Shown here piece after piece: positions 17,112 to 26,325 of a stretch of 62,020 bases of DNA. Each line of letters starts with the position of its first letter. Positions within the stretch are counted from its first letter, which is position 1. Below the pieces are notes generated by a model. It did not search any database and was not told the DNA's origin. It worked only from the letters and a program-made list of their open reading frames with translations. The DNA comes from Planctomycetota bacterium (GTDB lineage: Bacteria; Planctomycetota; Planctomycetia; Gemmatales; Gemmataceae): contig JAPLNF010000297.1 in assembly GCA_026692965.1 (NCBI GenBank), forward strand, positions 1-62,020, written 5' to 3'. A program made the position numbers and the translations under genes.

Positions 17112-18590
17112 ATGCCGATAGTCTTTGGTTGCCCGAAATGTAACATGAAAATGCAACTCCCCGATAATTCGGTGGGTAAGACCTTTGCGTGCCCAACCTG
17201 CAAAGTTCCGTTTACAGTTCCAGCTTCTGCGTCTCCAGTAGCTCCTTCAGCGCTTTCAGTAAATATACCGGCTCCGGTTGTAAATAAGCCCGCTGTTTCG
17301 CCCGGGTCTGCGCCAGTTGCTGCAACGCCTAAAGTTGTGAAAGCTGCAGATTCCAGTCAGGCTGCCTCCAAGCCAAGTACTCCTGTGATTGGGCCTATTA
17401 ACTGCCCTGCTTGTACAGCGCAACTTCTGTCTGGAGCGATTTCTTGTATGGATTGTGGTTACCTTTTGCAGGCTGAAAGTACCTTGGCAGAAGGTGACGG
17501 TGTAAGTCCTGCCATTTGTACTAATCCTGTTTGCGGATCTGCCAACCCTCCTGGGGAACGAAACTGTCAGCGTTGCGGTCAAGTTCTTCCATTTGCCGCA
17601 GGGCATTTAATTAATAATCGATATCGAATTGAAAAGCAGTTGGCGATAGGTGGTTTTGGTGCTGTTTATCTTGCAACGGATATTAAAGAAGCGAACAGGC
17701 CTGTAGCAATCAAGGATATGATTTGCGAAGATCCTGGGGAATTTGATATTCGATTGAACTTTTTCAGGCGTGAAGCAGACATTCTGAAATCATTGGATTC
17801 TGTTTCCATCGTGCCAAAAGTTTATGATTTGATTGAACAAGGTGAGCGGGCTTATCTTGTTCTTGAATTTATCAAGGGTAAGGATTTGATGAAAATCCTT
17901 GAATCGAATGGACATACTCCATTCCCGATCGAAAGTGTGATTGAGTGGGGGCGAAGTATTTGCGATGTGCTTCAGCATATGCATTCTCAGGTTCCTCCTT
18001 TGGTTCATCGCGATTTGAAGCCTGAAAATGTTATGCTTCTTGAAGATAAAAAATCCATCAAAATGATCGACTTTGGTACAGCCAGGGATTTGGGTAAAAA
18101 TCAAAAAGACAGGCATGCCGCGAAGACTAAAGTTTATACAGAAGGTTACGCGCCCTTAGAGCAAATTGCAGGTAAGCCTGAACCTCGTAGCGATCTTTTT
18201 GCACTCGCTTGCACCCTCTACCAATTAGCTACAGGTAAGGTTCCAGAAGGTTCGATCACTGTTCATGAAATTGATCTTTTACTGAAAGATACCACCAACC
18301 CGATTCCCCCGCAGTCGCAATGGCTCTTCGAAATGATCAAAGTTAATTTAAGTGAAGATCCTAACGAACGCTATTATAGCGCTCGGGAAATCAAGGCTGA
18401 TCTAGAAAAAAAACAGGTTACCAAAGAAGTGCCTTGTTCAAAATGTGCTTCAATGAACAAAGTTCGTCAGCCTTTTTGTGGTAAATGTGCCGAGCCTTTA
18501 ACCGACTCCACCCCTCCTTGTTATTACTGTGGTAAGAATAACAGGATGGGTAGTCGATGTTGTATTCATTGTGGCAACAGGCTTCGATAA
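17112..18590 (+). CDS. Ser/Thr protein kinase flanked by five zinc ribbons
   Basis: Three N-terminal ribbons: CPKC..CPTC, CPAC..CMDC, CTNPVC..CQRC. Kinase core: IGGFGAVYLA, VAIKDM, HRDLKPENVML, DFGTARDL, GYAPLEQ. Two C-terminal ribbons: CSKC..CGKC and CYYC..CIHC. Confidence 0.88.
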   Translation: MPIVFGCPKCNMKMQLPDNSVGKTFACPTCKVPFTVPASASPVAPSALSVNIPAPVVNKPAVSPGSAPVAATPKVVKAADSSQAASKPSTPVIGPINCPACTAQLLSGAISCMDCGYLLQAESTLAEGDGVSPAICTNPVCGSANPPGERNCQRCGQVLPFAAGHLINNRYRIEKQLAIGGFGAVYLATDIKEANRPVAIKDMICEDPGEFDIRLNFFRREADILKSLDSVSIVPKVYDLIEQGERAYLVLEFIKGKDLMKILESNGHTPFPIESVIEWGRSICDVLQHMHSQVPPLVHRDLKPENVMLLEDKKSIKMIDFGTARDLGKNQKDRHAAKTKVYTEGYAPLEQIAGKPEPRSDLFALACTLYQLATGKVPEGSITVHEIDLLLKDTTNPIPPQSQWLFEMIKVNLSEDPNERYYSAREIKADLEKKQVTKEVPCSKCASMNKVRQPFCGKCAEPLTDSTPPCYYCGKNNRMGSRCCIHCGNRLR

Positions 18591-18637
18591 GCCAATGTTC
18601 CTAAAATTATTTGATAATGCTTTAGAGGTGATTTTCG

Positions 18638-20818
18638 ATGCATACTGATCCTTCTTCCTCCAATAACCATGAACCCCAAGCGGAGATGCAAGGGGATATT
18701 CCTCTGGCAATGCCCGTTGAAACCGATGATCAGTTAGCTGAGGGTTTTGTACCCATGGCCTTGCCTATTGAGATAGAAGATGGCGCATCGAATGTTGTTG
18801 TTTCCCAGAGTGAACTGAATGATTCTTCACCAACGGTTTTGCCTGAAGTGGTTGTTCCGCAGAATGATTCCAAGCCTGAAGCAGTAGTAATTCTATGCAA
18901 GGTGTGTGGGTCTCGAAGAGAGCAAGATAATAGTTCATGTCAGGATTGCGGTTATTATTTCACTGAACTTGATCTGGCAGGGGCGGTAGTAGTTGCAGAT
19001 GGTGTAGGTGCATCAGTTGGTTCCGATTTCGTAATTGCAGGCAGATATAAGTCTACAAAAGTACTACGGGAATTCGCAGGTGTAAAAATTCAAGCTGGAG
19101 TTGATATTGAAGCTCTAGGCGGCCCGGTTGATGTTTTGATTTATTCACAAGCAGATGCTGGCGAGCAAATCATCGAGACCGCTAAAGAGGTCGCACCCGA
19201 AACTGATGAGTCCGATGATTTTTTACCAAGCTTTGATGATGCTTTGCTTTCTGGTTCAGGCGGAATTGAAGTGACGAGTGAAATGCCAAAGTTGTTGGTA
19301 TGGCCTAATTTGGGTTGGTTAAGATCGACCTTGGATGCTGCGGATACAGTTGGCTTGCCTAAAGTTCTTTTTGGTGGCACTGAAAATTCCACCAACTATC
19401 TTGTTCTTGAAATTCCCACTGGAAAAGACCTATGGGAAGTTTGGGACGATGAAAGTCAAAACGCCAGCATCAGATTTTCGTATCTGCAGGATCTTGCTCG
19501 CATATTGGTATCGCTACACAAAGTCGGTGGATTTCTTGAATTTGTGCGCCCTGAAAGTGTTGTGTTGACCAGTGAAGGTAAATTAAAGTTAAAAGATGTT
19601 TTGGAAATTCTGCCTCTTCCTTTTCCCCCGGGCAGTCCTGTGCGCGGAACCTTATATACTCCCCCAGAGTTGTTGTCGGGCAAGGGTTGCACCTCACCTA
19701 GGCCTTCTCTTTATAGCTTTGGTGCGTTGATTTATTCGCTGGAAATACTGCATCGTGAATTAAGTGAAAATGATTTTGAAAAACCAGGGGTACCCAAGCC
19801 TTTCATACCTAGATTCCCTGATATTCATCCCGCGTTTGGCAGGTTGATTTCAAAAACGTTTCGTACCGAAATTCATGCAAGATTCCCTACTGATGAAGCG
19901 GGCCGTGATGATAAAAGTGGGTTTACAGAACTTATCGCAACGCTAGCTTCAGTAGGCCGCAGTTTAGATAGGTGCAGGCTTGAAATTGCTAGTTGGACAA
20001 CCACGGGTATGGTTCGTACGGGCAATGAAGATGCTTTTGCTCTTATGCATGCCACCGAATCGCGCCAGGATGATTTAACGGATACTGCTCTGGTGTTTTT
20101 GGCGGATGGTATGGGCGGTTATGAGGCTGGAGAAATTGCTGCTGCGATGACTATGCAGATTCTTCGGCAAAACCTTACCATGAATAAAATGTTTGCTCAA
20201 TTTGCTGGGGGCTCGGCCTTCGCTAATGATGCAGCAAGCCCGCCGCCTAAAGGCGAAACCCATGCCCCCGCAGAGCTTGATGTGGAAGCTTGCAAGATGT
20301 TGTTTAAAGGTGCTCTTAAAGATGCAAATCGCCAAATCTTTACTGCTTCCAGAGCTCCGGGCAGCAAAAGGCGTGGTATGGGTTGCACTGCTGAAGCCGC
20401 TTATATTGATGGCAAAAATCTGGTTGTTGGTCATGTCGGCGATAGCAGGGTTTATCATCTTTCCCAGGGTGAGTTAATACAAGTTACGAGAGATCAAACT
20501 TTGGTAAATCGACTTGTGGAGCTTGGAAGCATTACTGCTGAAGAGGCCGAGGATCACCCACGAAAAAATGAACTTCAGCAAGCTATTGGTGGCCAACCGG
20601 ATGTAGAAGTAGGTATTTATCATGCACGAGTTCTTCCAGGGGACTGGGTGTTTGTTTGTTCGGATGGCTTAACCAATCACATTTCAAATAAAGATCTTAA
20701 AACCATGCTTGCCAATGAGGCGCAATCTGCGCAAATGGCAGCCCGAAGGCTGGTCAACCTTGCAAATATTGAGGGTGCAACAGATAATGCAACCGTGGTT
20801 GTTATCCGTTGTACCTAA
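18638..20818 (+). CDS. zinc-ribbon / pseudokinase / PP2C Ser/Thr phosphatase fusion
   Basis: Acidic N-terminus, then a CKVC..CQDC ribbon. Kinase-like fold lacking HRD and DFG (LEFVRPESVVL, KLKDVLE, YTPPE). C-terminal PP2C with RTGNEDAF, LADGMGGYEAG, HVGDSRVY, VCSDGL and TDNATVVV. AGAGGTG ribosome-binding site upstream. Confidence 0.88.
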   Translation: MHTDPSSSNNHEPQAEMQGDIPLAMPVETDDQLAEGFVPMALPIEIEDGASNVVVSQSELNDSSPTVLPEVVVPQNDSKPEAVVILCKVCGSRREQDNSSCQDCGYYFTELDLAGAVVVADGVGASVGSDFVIAGRYKSTKVLREFAGVKIQAGVDIEALGGPVDVLIYSQADAGEQIIETAKEVAPETDESDDFLPSFDDALLSGSGGIEVTSEMPKLLVWPNLGWLRSTLDAADTVGLPKVLFGGTENSTNYLVLEIPTGKDLWEVWDDESQNASIRFSYLQDLARILVSLHKVGGFLEFVRPESVVLTSEGKLKLKDVLEILPLPFPPGSPVRGTLYTPPELLSGKGCTSPRPSLYSFGALIYSLEILHRELSENDFEKPGVPKPFIPRFPDIHPAFGRLISKTFRTEIHARFPTDEAGRDDKSGFTELIATLASVGRSLDRCRLEIASWTTTGMVRTGNEDAFALMHATESRQDDLTDTALVFLADGMGGYEAGEIAAAMTMQILRQNLTMNKMFAQFAGGSAFANDAASPPPKGETHAPAELDVEACKMLFKGALKDANRQIFTASRAPGSKRRGMGCTAEAAYIDGKNLVVGHVGDSRVYHLSQGELIQVTRDQTLVNRLVELGSITAEEAEDHPRKNELQQAIGGQPDVEVGIYHARVLPGDWVFVCSDGLTNHISNKDLKTMLANEAQSAQMAARRLVNLANIEGATDNATVVVIRCT

Positions 20819-20849
20819 TCAAGGTGCTTGGTTAAATTTGGAAGAATCC

Positions 20850-20879
20850 TTGACAGGGCTAAACTGGTTGGACTATAAA
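20850..20879 (+). promoter_or_regulatory. sigma-70-like promoter upstream of the TetR/efflux operon
   Basis: TTGACA at 20850-20855, an 18-nt spacer, then TATAAA at 20874-20879. Lies 39 nt upstream of the tetR ATG. Confidence 0.4.
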
Positions 20880-20895
20880 TAGACTGTTCGGTCTA
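20880..20895. promoter_or_regulatory. inverted repeat TAGAC-N6-GTCTA abutting the -10 box (candidate TetR operator)
   Basis: TAGAC (20880-20884) and GTCTA (20891-20895). Its position immediately downstream of the -10 box fits autorepression. Confidence 0.3.
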
Positions 20896-20917
20896 ATTGT
20901 GGTTTGAGCTTTAACTC

Positions 20918-21592
20918 ATGAATCAAAGTCGCATTGATATTTCATTCATTCGCAAAGAGCAGATTGTGGATGCTGCTGTTTGTGTGATTGCGCAGCAAGG
21001 GTTGCAGAATTTTTCGCTTTCTGAAATTGAAAAGAAAGCGCATATGAGTCGAGGTCAGCTTACTTATTATTTTCCTGCAAAGGAAGATATTTTGCTGGCT
21101 GTTTTTGATCGGTTTCTTTTCTTGATGCAGATTGATTGTCAAGTTCAGGATAAAAATACAGGAAAGCCTTCTGCAGATCAACTTGAAGGGTGGGAGCGCA
21201 TTTCAAGAATTATTGAAAATGTGTTAGCAAGGCCCGTCGAGGGGGATGGTTTTCATGCTCTTCAATACACTTTTCTTTCGCAAATCTCCCATAGGTCCGA
21301 CTTTCGCTTAAGGCTTAGTGCTTTGTATGAGGAATGGCGCATCAGGATCACCGCTGATTTAAAACACGAGTTTACAGCAGTTACCAACGATTTGGATTTG
21401 CGTAGCCTTGCAACCTTAATCGAGGCTATTTTGCATGGCTTATCGATGCAGCGGGCCGCTGATCCTGAGGCATTTGATCCTAAAACCATGTCTGAGCTGG
21501 TTTTAAACATTCTATTTACTTACATGAAATCCAAGCTTGGTTTAAATAAACAAGTCATTAAAAAGAAAAGATCTGAAGGAGTTCGACGATGA
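20918..21592 (+). CDS. TetR/AcrR family transcriptional regulator
   Basis: N-terminal HTH FSLSEIEKKAHMSRGQLTYYFPAKEDIL. 224 aa. Its stop overlaps the next start (ATGA). Confidence 0.85.
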   Translation: MNQSRIDISFIRKEQIVDAAVCVIAQQGLQNFSLSEIEKKAHMSRGQLTYYFPAKEDILLAVFDRFLFLMQIDCQVQDKNTGKPSADQLEGWERISRIIENVLARPVEGDGFHALQYTFLSQISHRSDFRLRLSALYEEWRIRITADLKHEFTAVTNDLDLRSLATLIEAILHGLSMQRAADPEAFDPKTMSELVLNILFTYMKSKLGLNKQVIKKKRSEGVRR

Positions 21593-22836
21593 ACATTCTC
21601 AATAGTTCGCAACCAGTTTCAAAAAACCAAGCCAGTTTGGAAGAACGAGTTAAATCGCTCAAAATTAGTTCTGCCCCAGAAACCCAATCGATGCCTAAAT
21701 CGACAATTTTCGCTTGGGGACTTTGCCTGATCATGATGATCGTTGCAGGTCTGATGGCTTGGAGGAGTTATAAAATGACACCTACAGGAACCGATTCAGT
21801 TCAGCAAAAGCTTCCTGGCCAAATAAACAAATCGTCCGGGACAGATACGGTGAAAACAGGTTCCGAAAAATCCTCTCCAGCACCTTCGGTCCCCGGAAAA
21901 GAGAATATTGTTCTTGAGGCCAAAGGTTACATTATCCCAATGCATCAGATTCAAGTCAGTCCGAAAGTTCCGGGGATGATCGAAAAGCTTTATGTTGAAG
22001 AAGGTAAAAGAGTAAAAAAAGGAGATGTTCTTGCGGTGCTTGAATCCATCGATTACAAGGCTGATTTTGATAAGGCTAAAGCTGTTTTGCAAGCTGCAAC
22101 TCAAAGAAAGCTGGAGATTAAAAATGGTAATAGGCCTGAAGAAATCGAGCAATCAAAACAAGAGTATCTTGAATGCCTTTCAAACCTTGAGCAATTACGG
22201 TCCGATTTAGTTCGAAATCGCAGGCTCACGGGTTCTGCTTCACTTTCACAGCGGGAAATGGATGTTGCTTCTTTTAGCTTTGAAGGTGTGGAACGTAAGT
22301 GTAGCAAGCTGAAATCTGCTTATGATTTAATGGTCAAGGGGCCAAGGGAAGAGAAGCTCAAAGCAGCAGAAGCAGAGGTCGATCAAGCGGTTGCAGATTT
22401 GGCAAAGGCTCAATGGCGGCTTAATAATTGCGTGATAGTTGCTCCCGTTTCAGGTGTTATTCTGACTAAAAAAGCTGAAGAAGGAAATATTATCAACCCT
22501 GCTGCTTTTAATATTTCTGCTTCGCTTTGTGAAATGGCCGATCTCACCGATCTTGAAGTTGATCTTTCCATTCAAGAGCGGGATGTAGCTTCGGTTTTTA
22601 AAGGTCAAAAATGCCTTGTCATGCCAGAGGCTTTTCAAAATTATGCACCCTTCTTGAAGGTTCATCCTAAAGGTTATGAGGGTACGATTTCGAGATTAAT
22701 GCCAATCGCTGATCGCGGTAAAGGTGCGATACCTGTTCGTGTTAAAATTAAAGTTTCTCCTGAAGAAGAGGGCGTTTATTTAAAGCCCGATATGGGTGTG
22801 ATTGTTTCTTTTATGAAAGATCAATCTTCCAAGTAA
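21589..22836 (+). CDS. HlyD/MacA-type periplasmic adaptor (membrane fusion protein)
   Basis: N-terminal TM (IFAWGLCLIMMIVAGLMAW), a lipoyl-like VEEGKRVKKGDVLAVLE, a coiled-coil hairpin, and a beta-barrel C-terminus. Confidence 0.8.
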   Translation: MNILNSSQPVSKNQASLEERVKSLKISSAPETQSMPKSTIFAWGLCLIMMIVAGLMAWRSYKMTPTGTDSVQQKLPGQINKSSGTDTVKTGSEKSSPAPSVPGKENIVLEAKGYIIPMHQIQVSPKVPGMIEKLYVEEGKRVKKGDVLAVLESIDYKADFDKAKAVLQAATQRKLEIKNGNRPEEIEQSKQEYLECLSNLEQLRSDLVRNRRLTGSASLSQREMDVASFSFEGVERKCSKLKSAYDLMVKGPREEKLKAAEAEVDQAVADLAKAQWRLNNCVIVAPVSGVILTKKAEEGNIINPAAFNISASLCEMADLTDLEVDLSIQERDVASVFKGQKCLVMPEAFQNYAPFLKVHPKGYEGTISRLMPIADRGKGAIPVRVKIKVSPEEEGVYLKPDMGVIVSFMKDQSSK

Positions 22837-22851
22837 AGAATTTTAAAAAGG

Positions 22852-23580
22852 ATGATCATGGCTGAAAATATTGTTGTTCGAGTCGAAAACCTTACCAAAA
22901 GTTTTAGCAGGGGCAGTGAAAAAATTGATGTCCTTGAAGAATTGACACTCGAGGTTGATTCGGGAGAATTCTTGGCTCTTATGGGCCCTAGTGGTTCTGG
23001 TAAAACTACTCTGCTTAATATCATTGCTGGACTTGATACGCCTACGAGTGGAACTGTTACCGTTGGAAAAAATCTGATTAGCAAGATGAGTGAATCCATG
23101 CTTGCATCATGGCGAACCCGGCATGTGGGTTTTGTTTTTCAGTTCTATCATCTCTTGCCAGTTTTAACTGCATACGAGAATGTTGAATTGCCCCTGCTTC
23201 TTTTGCCTATGACCCGGGCTCAGCGAAAAGTCCAAGTGATGAATGTTCTTGATCTTGTTGGTTTGTCTGGGCGAATAAATCATATTCCTGGTCAACTTTC
23301 TGGTGGGCAACAACAGCGTGTTGGTATTGCTCGTGCAATTGTAACCGATCCTGAATTAATCGTTGCGGATGAACCCACTGGGGATTTGGATTCAAAGTCT
23401 GCGGATGAGATTCTTGATTTAATGGGGGTACTGCAGAAAACTTTGGGTAAAACCATCATTATGGTTACTCATGATCCAAGGTCTGCGGCTCGAGCCCAGC
23501 GGGTGTTGCAACTTGAAAAAGGCAAGCTCGTCAAGGATTCCAGAAACTTTTCTTATGTCACCGGCAATGCTGGCAATTAG
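22852..23580 (+). CDS. ABC transporter ATP-binding protein (MacB/LolD type)
   Basis: [12 protein letters not shown] (Walker A), [14 protein letters not shown] (signature), [11 protein letters not shown] (Walker B), VTHD (H-loop). Confidence 0.9.
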   Translation: MIMAENIVVRVENLTKSFSRGSEKIDVLEELTLEVDSGEFLALMGPSGSGKTTLLNIIAGLDTPTSGTVTVGKNLISKMSESMLASWRTRHVGFVFQFYHLLPVLTAYENVELPLLLLPMTRAQRKVQVMNVLDLVGLSGRINHIPGQLSGGQQQRVGIARAIVTDPELIVADEPTGDLDSKSADEILDLMGVLQKTLGKTIIMVTHDPRSAARAQRVLQLEKGKLVKDSRNFSYVTGNAGN

Positions 23581-23591
23581 GGATTAGATTC

Positions 23592-24962
23592 ATGAATAAT
23601 GTTGAAAAGTATCTTTTGGAATTACTTGATAGCCCACTGCAGTTGGGGGCTTTGATTCTTGCAATGATCGCATTCCTAGCAGTCATAATATTTGCTAATA
23701 GCTACCTGTTTTACTTTCGTCTTATGTTTCTAAATCTTAGACGTAATATTATTCGAACTAGCCTTACTGCAATTGCCTCGATTGTTTTGGTGTTTGTAGT
23801 CACATTGGTTTGGACTGTTCTTTGGTTTTTAAATCTTGTCACTTCTGAAAAAGCAAAAGATTTCAAGGCGATAATTACCGAGAAGTGGCAGATCCCCAGC
23901 CAGATGCCTTATGCGTATGAAGCTAGCCTTTCAGAAGGTGCGCCAGGCCAAGAGGGGGATTACAAGATTGATAAAACTATTGATGCGATGACTTGGCAGT
24001 TCTATGGTGCGACCATTGATCCTGAGAAAAAAACGCGTGATAACATTATCTTTTTCTTCAGCATGGAACCCATGAAGATGACCAAGATGATGGACGGGAT
24101 GGAAGAATATAGCGCCTCGCAATTGGATCAACTCAACAAGCTTTGCGAAGAAATGGTAAAGGACAAGCGCAAAATCATCGTAGGAACAGAAAGATTGGCG
24201 GCAATCAATAAAAAAGTCGGAGAGCGAATCAAGCTAACCAGTTTTAATTATAAAGGTATCGATCTTGAAGTTGAAATCATAGGTTCATTCCCGGAAGGTC
24301 GTTACAACCAAAGTGCCATTTTAAATCGTGATTATTTAAACGACTCCTTAGATGACTACAACAGAAAAAATCCGAATTCGAAACATCCCATGACCAATCG
24401 GAATTTAAATCTGGTTTGGATCAGGGTTCCCGACAAGGATGTTTTTCAAAAAGTTGAGCGACAGATTACTGATTCGCCCTCTTTTACAAGCCCTGCGGTG
24501 AAGGTGGAAACTGCTTCCTCGGGTATATCTACATTTCTAGATGCTTATCGCGATTTACTTTGGGGACTTCGATGGATTTTGGCTCCATTTATTCTTGCAA
24601 CGATGGCGCTGATTATTGCTGTTGCAATCAGCATTAGTGTGCGTGAACGAAGGAAAGAAATCGCGGTTATGAAAGTCATTGGGTTTACGCCAATGCAAAT
24701 TCTTTTTCTGGTGCTTGGCGAAGCGGTTATGGTAGGTGGATTTAGCGGTTTGGTTAGTTCGATTGCGACAACGATGGTTATCAATAATGTGTTTGGTGGC
24801 ATTAAATTCCCGATCGCGTTCTTTCCGATTTTTATGATTCCCATTGATGCAATCTGGTGGGGACCTGCAATTGGAATTAGCACCGCACTGGGGGGCAGTT
24901 TGCTTCCTTCTCTTTCTGCTTGCAGGGTAAAGGTTTCTGAAGTATTTGCAAGAACCTCTTAA
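23592..24962 (+). CDS. ABC transporter permease, FtsX/MacB-like, with large periplasmic domain
   Basis: TM1, then an about-270-aa extracytoplasmic region, then three C-terminal TMs with an FtsX-like RERRKEIAVMKVIGF motif. Confidence 0.8.
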   Translation: MNNVEKYLLELLDSPLQLGALILAMIAFLAVIIFANSYLFYFRLMFLNLRRNIIRTSLTAIASIVLVFVVTLVWTVLWFLNLVTSEKAKDFKAIITEKWQIPSQMPYAYEASLSEGAPGQEGDYKIDKTIDAMTWQFYGATIDPEKKTRDNIIFFFSMEPMKMTKMMDGMEEYSASQLDQLNKLCEEMVKDKRKIIVGTERLAAINKKVGERIKLTSFNYKGIDLEVEIIGSFPEGRYNQSAILNRDYLNDSLDDYNRKNPNSKHPMTNRNLNLVWIRVPDKDVFQKVERQITDSPSFTSPAVKVETASSGISTFLDAYRDLLWGLRWILAPFILATMALIIAVAISISVRERRKEIAVMKVIGFTPMQILFLVLGEAVMVGGFSGLVSSIATTMVINNVFGGIKFPIAFFPIFMIPIDAIWWGPAIGISTALGGSLLPSLSACRVKVSEVFARTS

Positions 24963-24981
24963 GTAATATCGGAGCCTTTAT

Positions 24982-26325
24982 ATGAGTCTTTTTTCTATGC
25001 TGGCGATTTCGCTTATTTCTATTGTCGGCATTACTATTTTGCTGGCTTTGGTGGGCAAGGTTCCTATTAATTACAGCATTCGAAATCTCATTGTTCGTTG
25101 GCCCATTTCTCTTATGACCGCACTCGCCTTCACCATGGTGATTGGCGTTCTCATTGTGATGCTTGCTTTTGTTAATGGAATGTACAAATTGACAGAGAGT
25201 AGCGGCCACCCTGAAAATATCATTGTGCTTTCTGATGGCGCCACCGATGAAATTTTCAGCAACTTGGGCTATAGCGATGTTAGTGAGATTGAATTCAATC
25301 CGGGTGTAAGCCGTGATGAATTGGGGAAACCCCTTACCAGTTGGGAAACTTATGTGATTGTTAATCAGCCTATTCCCTTGCATGCTCGTAAAGGCGATAG
25401 GCGCAGGAGATTTATTCAGGTCCGGGGCATTCTAGATCCTGCAAGATCCGGGAAAGTGCATCACCTGGTTTTGAAGTCTGGAGACTGGTTTTCCACTGGG
25501 GATGCAGGCGGTGGTGTTAGGGAAGTTACTGTTTCAGAACCTGGTAAGGAGCCCCGAAAAGTTAATGCTACAGAAGCTGTTTTAGGCCAGGGTATTGCCA
25601 AGGAAATCGGGCCGGATTACATGAAGCCCAGCCTTGAGGTTGGTGATGTTTTTAATATGGGTGATAAGTATTGGGTTGTTGCAGGAATCATGGATTCAGG
25701 TGGCTCGACTTTTGATTCGGAAATCTGTGCCAAATGGAAAACTGTTGCAGAAAGGTTTGGCAAAGTTACATACACCACTCTTGTTATCAAAACCGATAGC
25801 AAAGAAGTTGCGTATGCCACTGCTACAGATATTGTCAAAAATTTTAAAAAAGCTGCTTTGCAGGCGTTTGTAGAGACAGATTACTATGACAAACTAAACA
25901 ACACCAATAAACAATTTCTTGTTGCGATCTTATTTGTTGCAGCCGTGGTTGCCATCGGTGGTGTTTTTGGCATTATGAACACGATGTTTGCTGCGATTAG
26001 CCAGCGAAGCAAAGATATTGGCGTGTTGCGGATCGTTGGGTTTGCCCCTTGGCAAATACTGGTTTCCTTTTTTCTTGAAGCCATTCTGCTTTCATTTTTT
26101 GGCGGTGTATTGGGTTGTATTGTCGGAAGTTTTGCTGATGGTTTTACTGCAAGTAGTATTATGAGTAGTGGTGCAGGCGGTGGTAAAAACATCCTCCTTC
26201 GACTTACCGTAGATATGAAGCTTATCTTTAGTGGAATTCTTTTTGCGGTAGCGATGGGTATGGTAGGTGGATTTTTACCTGCAATATCTGCAATGAGAAT
26301 CAAACCGCTTGAGTCTCTCCGTTAA
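24982..26325 (+). CDS. second FtsX/MacB-like ABC permease
   Basis: Same topology as the preceding gene. QRSKDIGVLRIVGF motif. Confidence 0.8.
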   Translation: MSLFSMLAISLISIVGITILLALVGKVPINYSIRNLIVRWPISLMTALAFTMVIGVLIVMLAFVNGMYKLTESSGHPENIIVLSDGATDEIFSNLGYSDVSEIEFNPGVSRDELGKPLTSWETYVIVNQPIPLHARKGDRRRRFIQVRGILDPARSGKVHHLVLKSGDWFSTGDAGGGVREVTVSEPGKEPRKVNATEAVLGQGIAKEIGPDYMKPSLEVGDVFNMGDKYWVVAGIMDSGGSTFDSEICAKWKTVAERFGKVTYTTLVIKTDSKEVAYATATDIVKNFKKAALQAFVETDYYDKLNNTNKQFLVAILFVAAVVAIGGVFGIMNTMFAAISQRSKDIGVLRIVGFAPWQILVSFFLEAILLSFFGGVLGCIVGSFADGFTASSIMSSGAGGGKNILLRLTVDMKLIFSGILFAVAMGMVGGFLPAISAMRIKPLESLR

